Assembly (NCBI RefSeq): GCF_963921235.1
Contig: NC_086097.1
Location: 57,104,001 to 57,168,000, forward strand
DNA from: Mobula hypostoma
Taxonomy: Eukaryota
Reading direction: 5' to 3'
DNA: 64,000 nucleotides
A program made the position numbers and the translations under genes. Of the stretch, positions 63,201 to 64,000 are shown piece after piece. The notes below the pieces were generated by a model. The model was not told where the DNA came from. It made no database searches and saw only the letters and a list, made by a program, of their open reading frames with translations. The first letter of the stretch is position 1. Every line of letters begins with the position of its first letter.

Positions 63201-64000
63201 GTTAGATCTGGCTTTACTCCATGCACTTCTTTCACCGCTCTATCGCTCTGGGTCCCATCCCCCTCGCAAATTAGTTTAAACCCTCCCAAACCATGCTAGC
63301 AAACCCACCTGCAAGGATATTGCTCCCCCTCGAGTTCAGGTGCAACCCATCCAATCTGTACAGGTTCCACCTTCTCCAGAAGAGATCCCAATGATCTAAA
63401 AATCTAAAACCCTGCTCCCTGCACCAACTCCTCAGCCACGCATTCAACTGCCATCTCCTCCAATTCTTACCATCTCTGTCACGTAGCACTGGCAGCAATC
63501 CTGAGAACGTCACCCTTGAGGTCCTGTTCTTCAGCCTTCTACCTAATTCCCAAAACTCATCCCTCTTCCTGCCTATGTCATTGGTCCCAACATGTATTAC
63601 GACTTCTGGTTGCTTTCCCTCTCGTACCAGGATGTCGTGCACCCGGTCAGAGACATCCCGGACCCTGGCACCCAGGAGGCAACAAACCATGCGGATGTCC
63701 TTCTCACGTCCACAAAATCTCCTGTCTGCTCCCCTGATTATAGAGTCTCCAATGACGACAGCTCTCCTCTTCTCCGTCCCACTCCTCTGCACCACAGGGT
63801 CAGACTCAGTGCCGGAGGCCCTGCCACCGTGGCTCACATCTGGTTGGTCGTCCCCGCCAACAGTATCCAGGATGGTAAACTTATTATTCAGGGGAATGGC
63901 TACAGGGGTGCTCTGCATTACCTGTCTGCTCACCTTCGCTTTTTCCTCCTCTGACTGTCACCCAACGACCTGCTTCTGACAGCCTAGGTGTGACTACCTC
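60283..64000 (-). mobile_element. Young near-intact CR1 LINE: ORF1 (SGNH esterase, ending at 63271) and ORF2 APE-RT (63289-60547, frameshift near 61590); the 5' end runs off the window
   Basis: ORF1 GDSIIRG / HVGTNDI / DGLHLN; ORF2 YLNARS, AITETWL, GDFN, SDH, NYRPVSLTS, YMDFSKAFDKVPH, GVPQGS, FADD; CTATT/CTATGTT-type 3' tail. Confidence 0.96.

Noticed and set aside
61674..63979. Multiple plus-strand ORFs of 100-134 aa
   Set aside because: They are antisense shadows of the CR1 ORF1 and ORF2 frames.
1..64000. CRISPR arrays, rRNA or tRNA genes, prokaryotic or viral gene clusters
   Set aside because: None seen; the only tRNA-like signal is the B-box of the V-SINE at about 53.4 kb.

Overview
Vertebrate nuclear DNA. 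The repeat content (abundant CR1 LINEs, Penelope/Neptune elements, an HE1-type V-SINE) suggests a cartilaginous fish, but the species is an inference. The window carries the TOMM20L(+) / TIMM9(-) / KIAA0586 (TALPID3, +) gene block: TOMM20L coding exons 2-5, the complete 90-aa TIMM9 CDS in 3 exons ending tail-to-tail with TOMM20L, a CpG-rich bidirectional promoter at about 18.4-19.9 kb, and KIAA0586 coding exons 1-6 (the gene continues past the window). The introns hold deeply nested transposons: CR1, L1, Rex1/Babar, RTE, Penelope, Tc1, Tigger, hAT and solo LTRs. The most notable non-obvious signals are: (1) a frame-correct U_UUA_AAC slippery heptamer plus stop codon and a G-rich tract at the ORF1/ORF2 overlap of several divergent CR1 copies, where ORF2 of the best-preserved copy has no AUG before the endonuclease, suggesting -1 programmed ribosomal frameshifting; (2) minimal type-I hammerhead ribozyme motifs in Penelope-derived repeats, including ~97-nt TSD-flanked units whose 5' ends fall at the ribozyme; (3) probably overlapping 3' UTRs of two mitochondrial import genes. 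All calls come from manual reading; no database searches were run.
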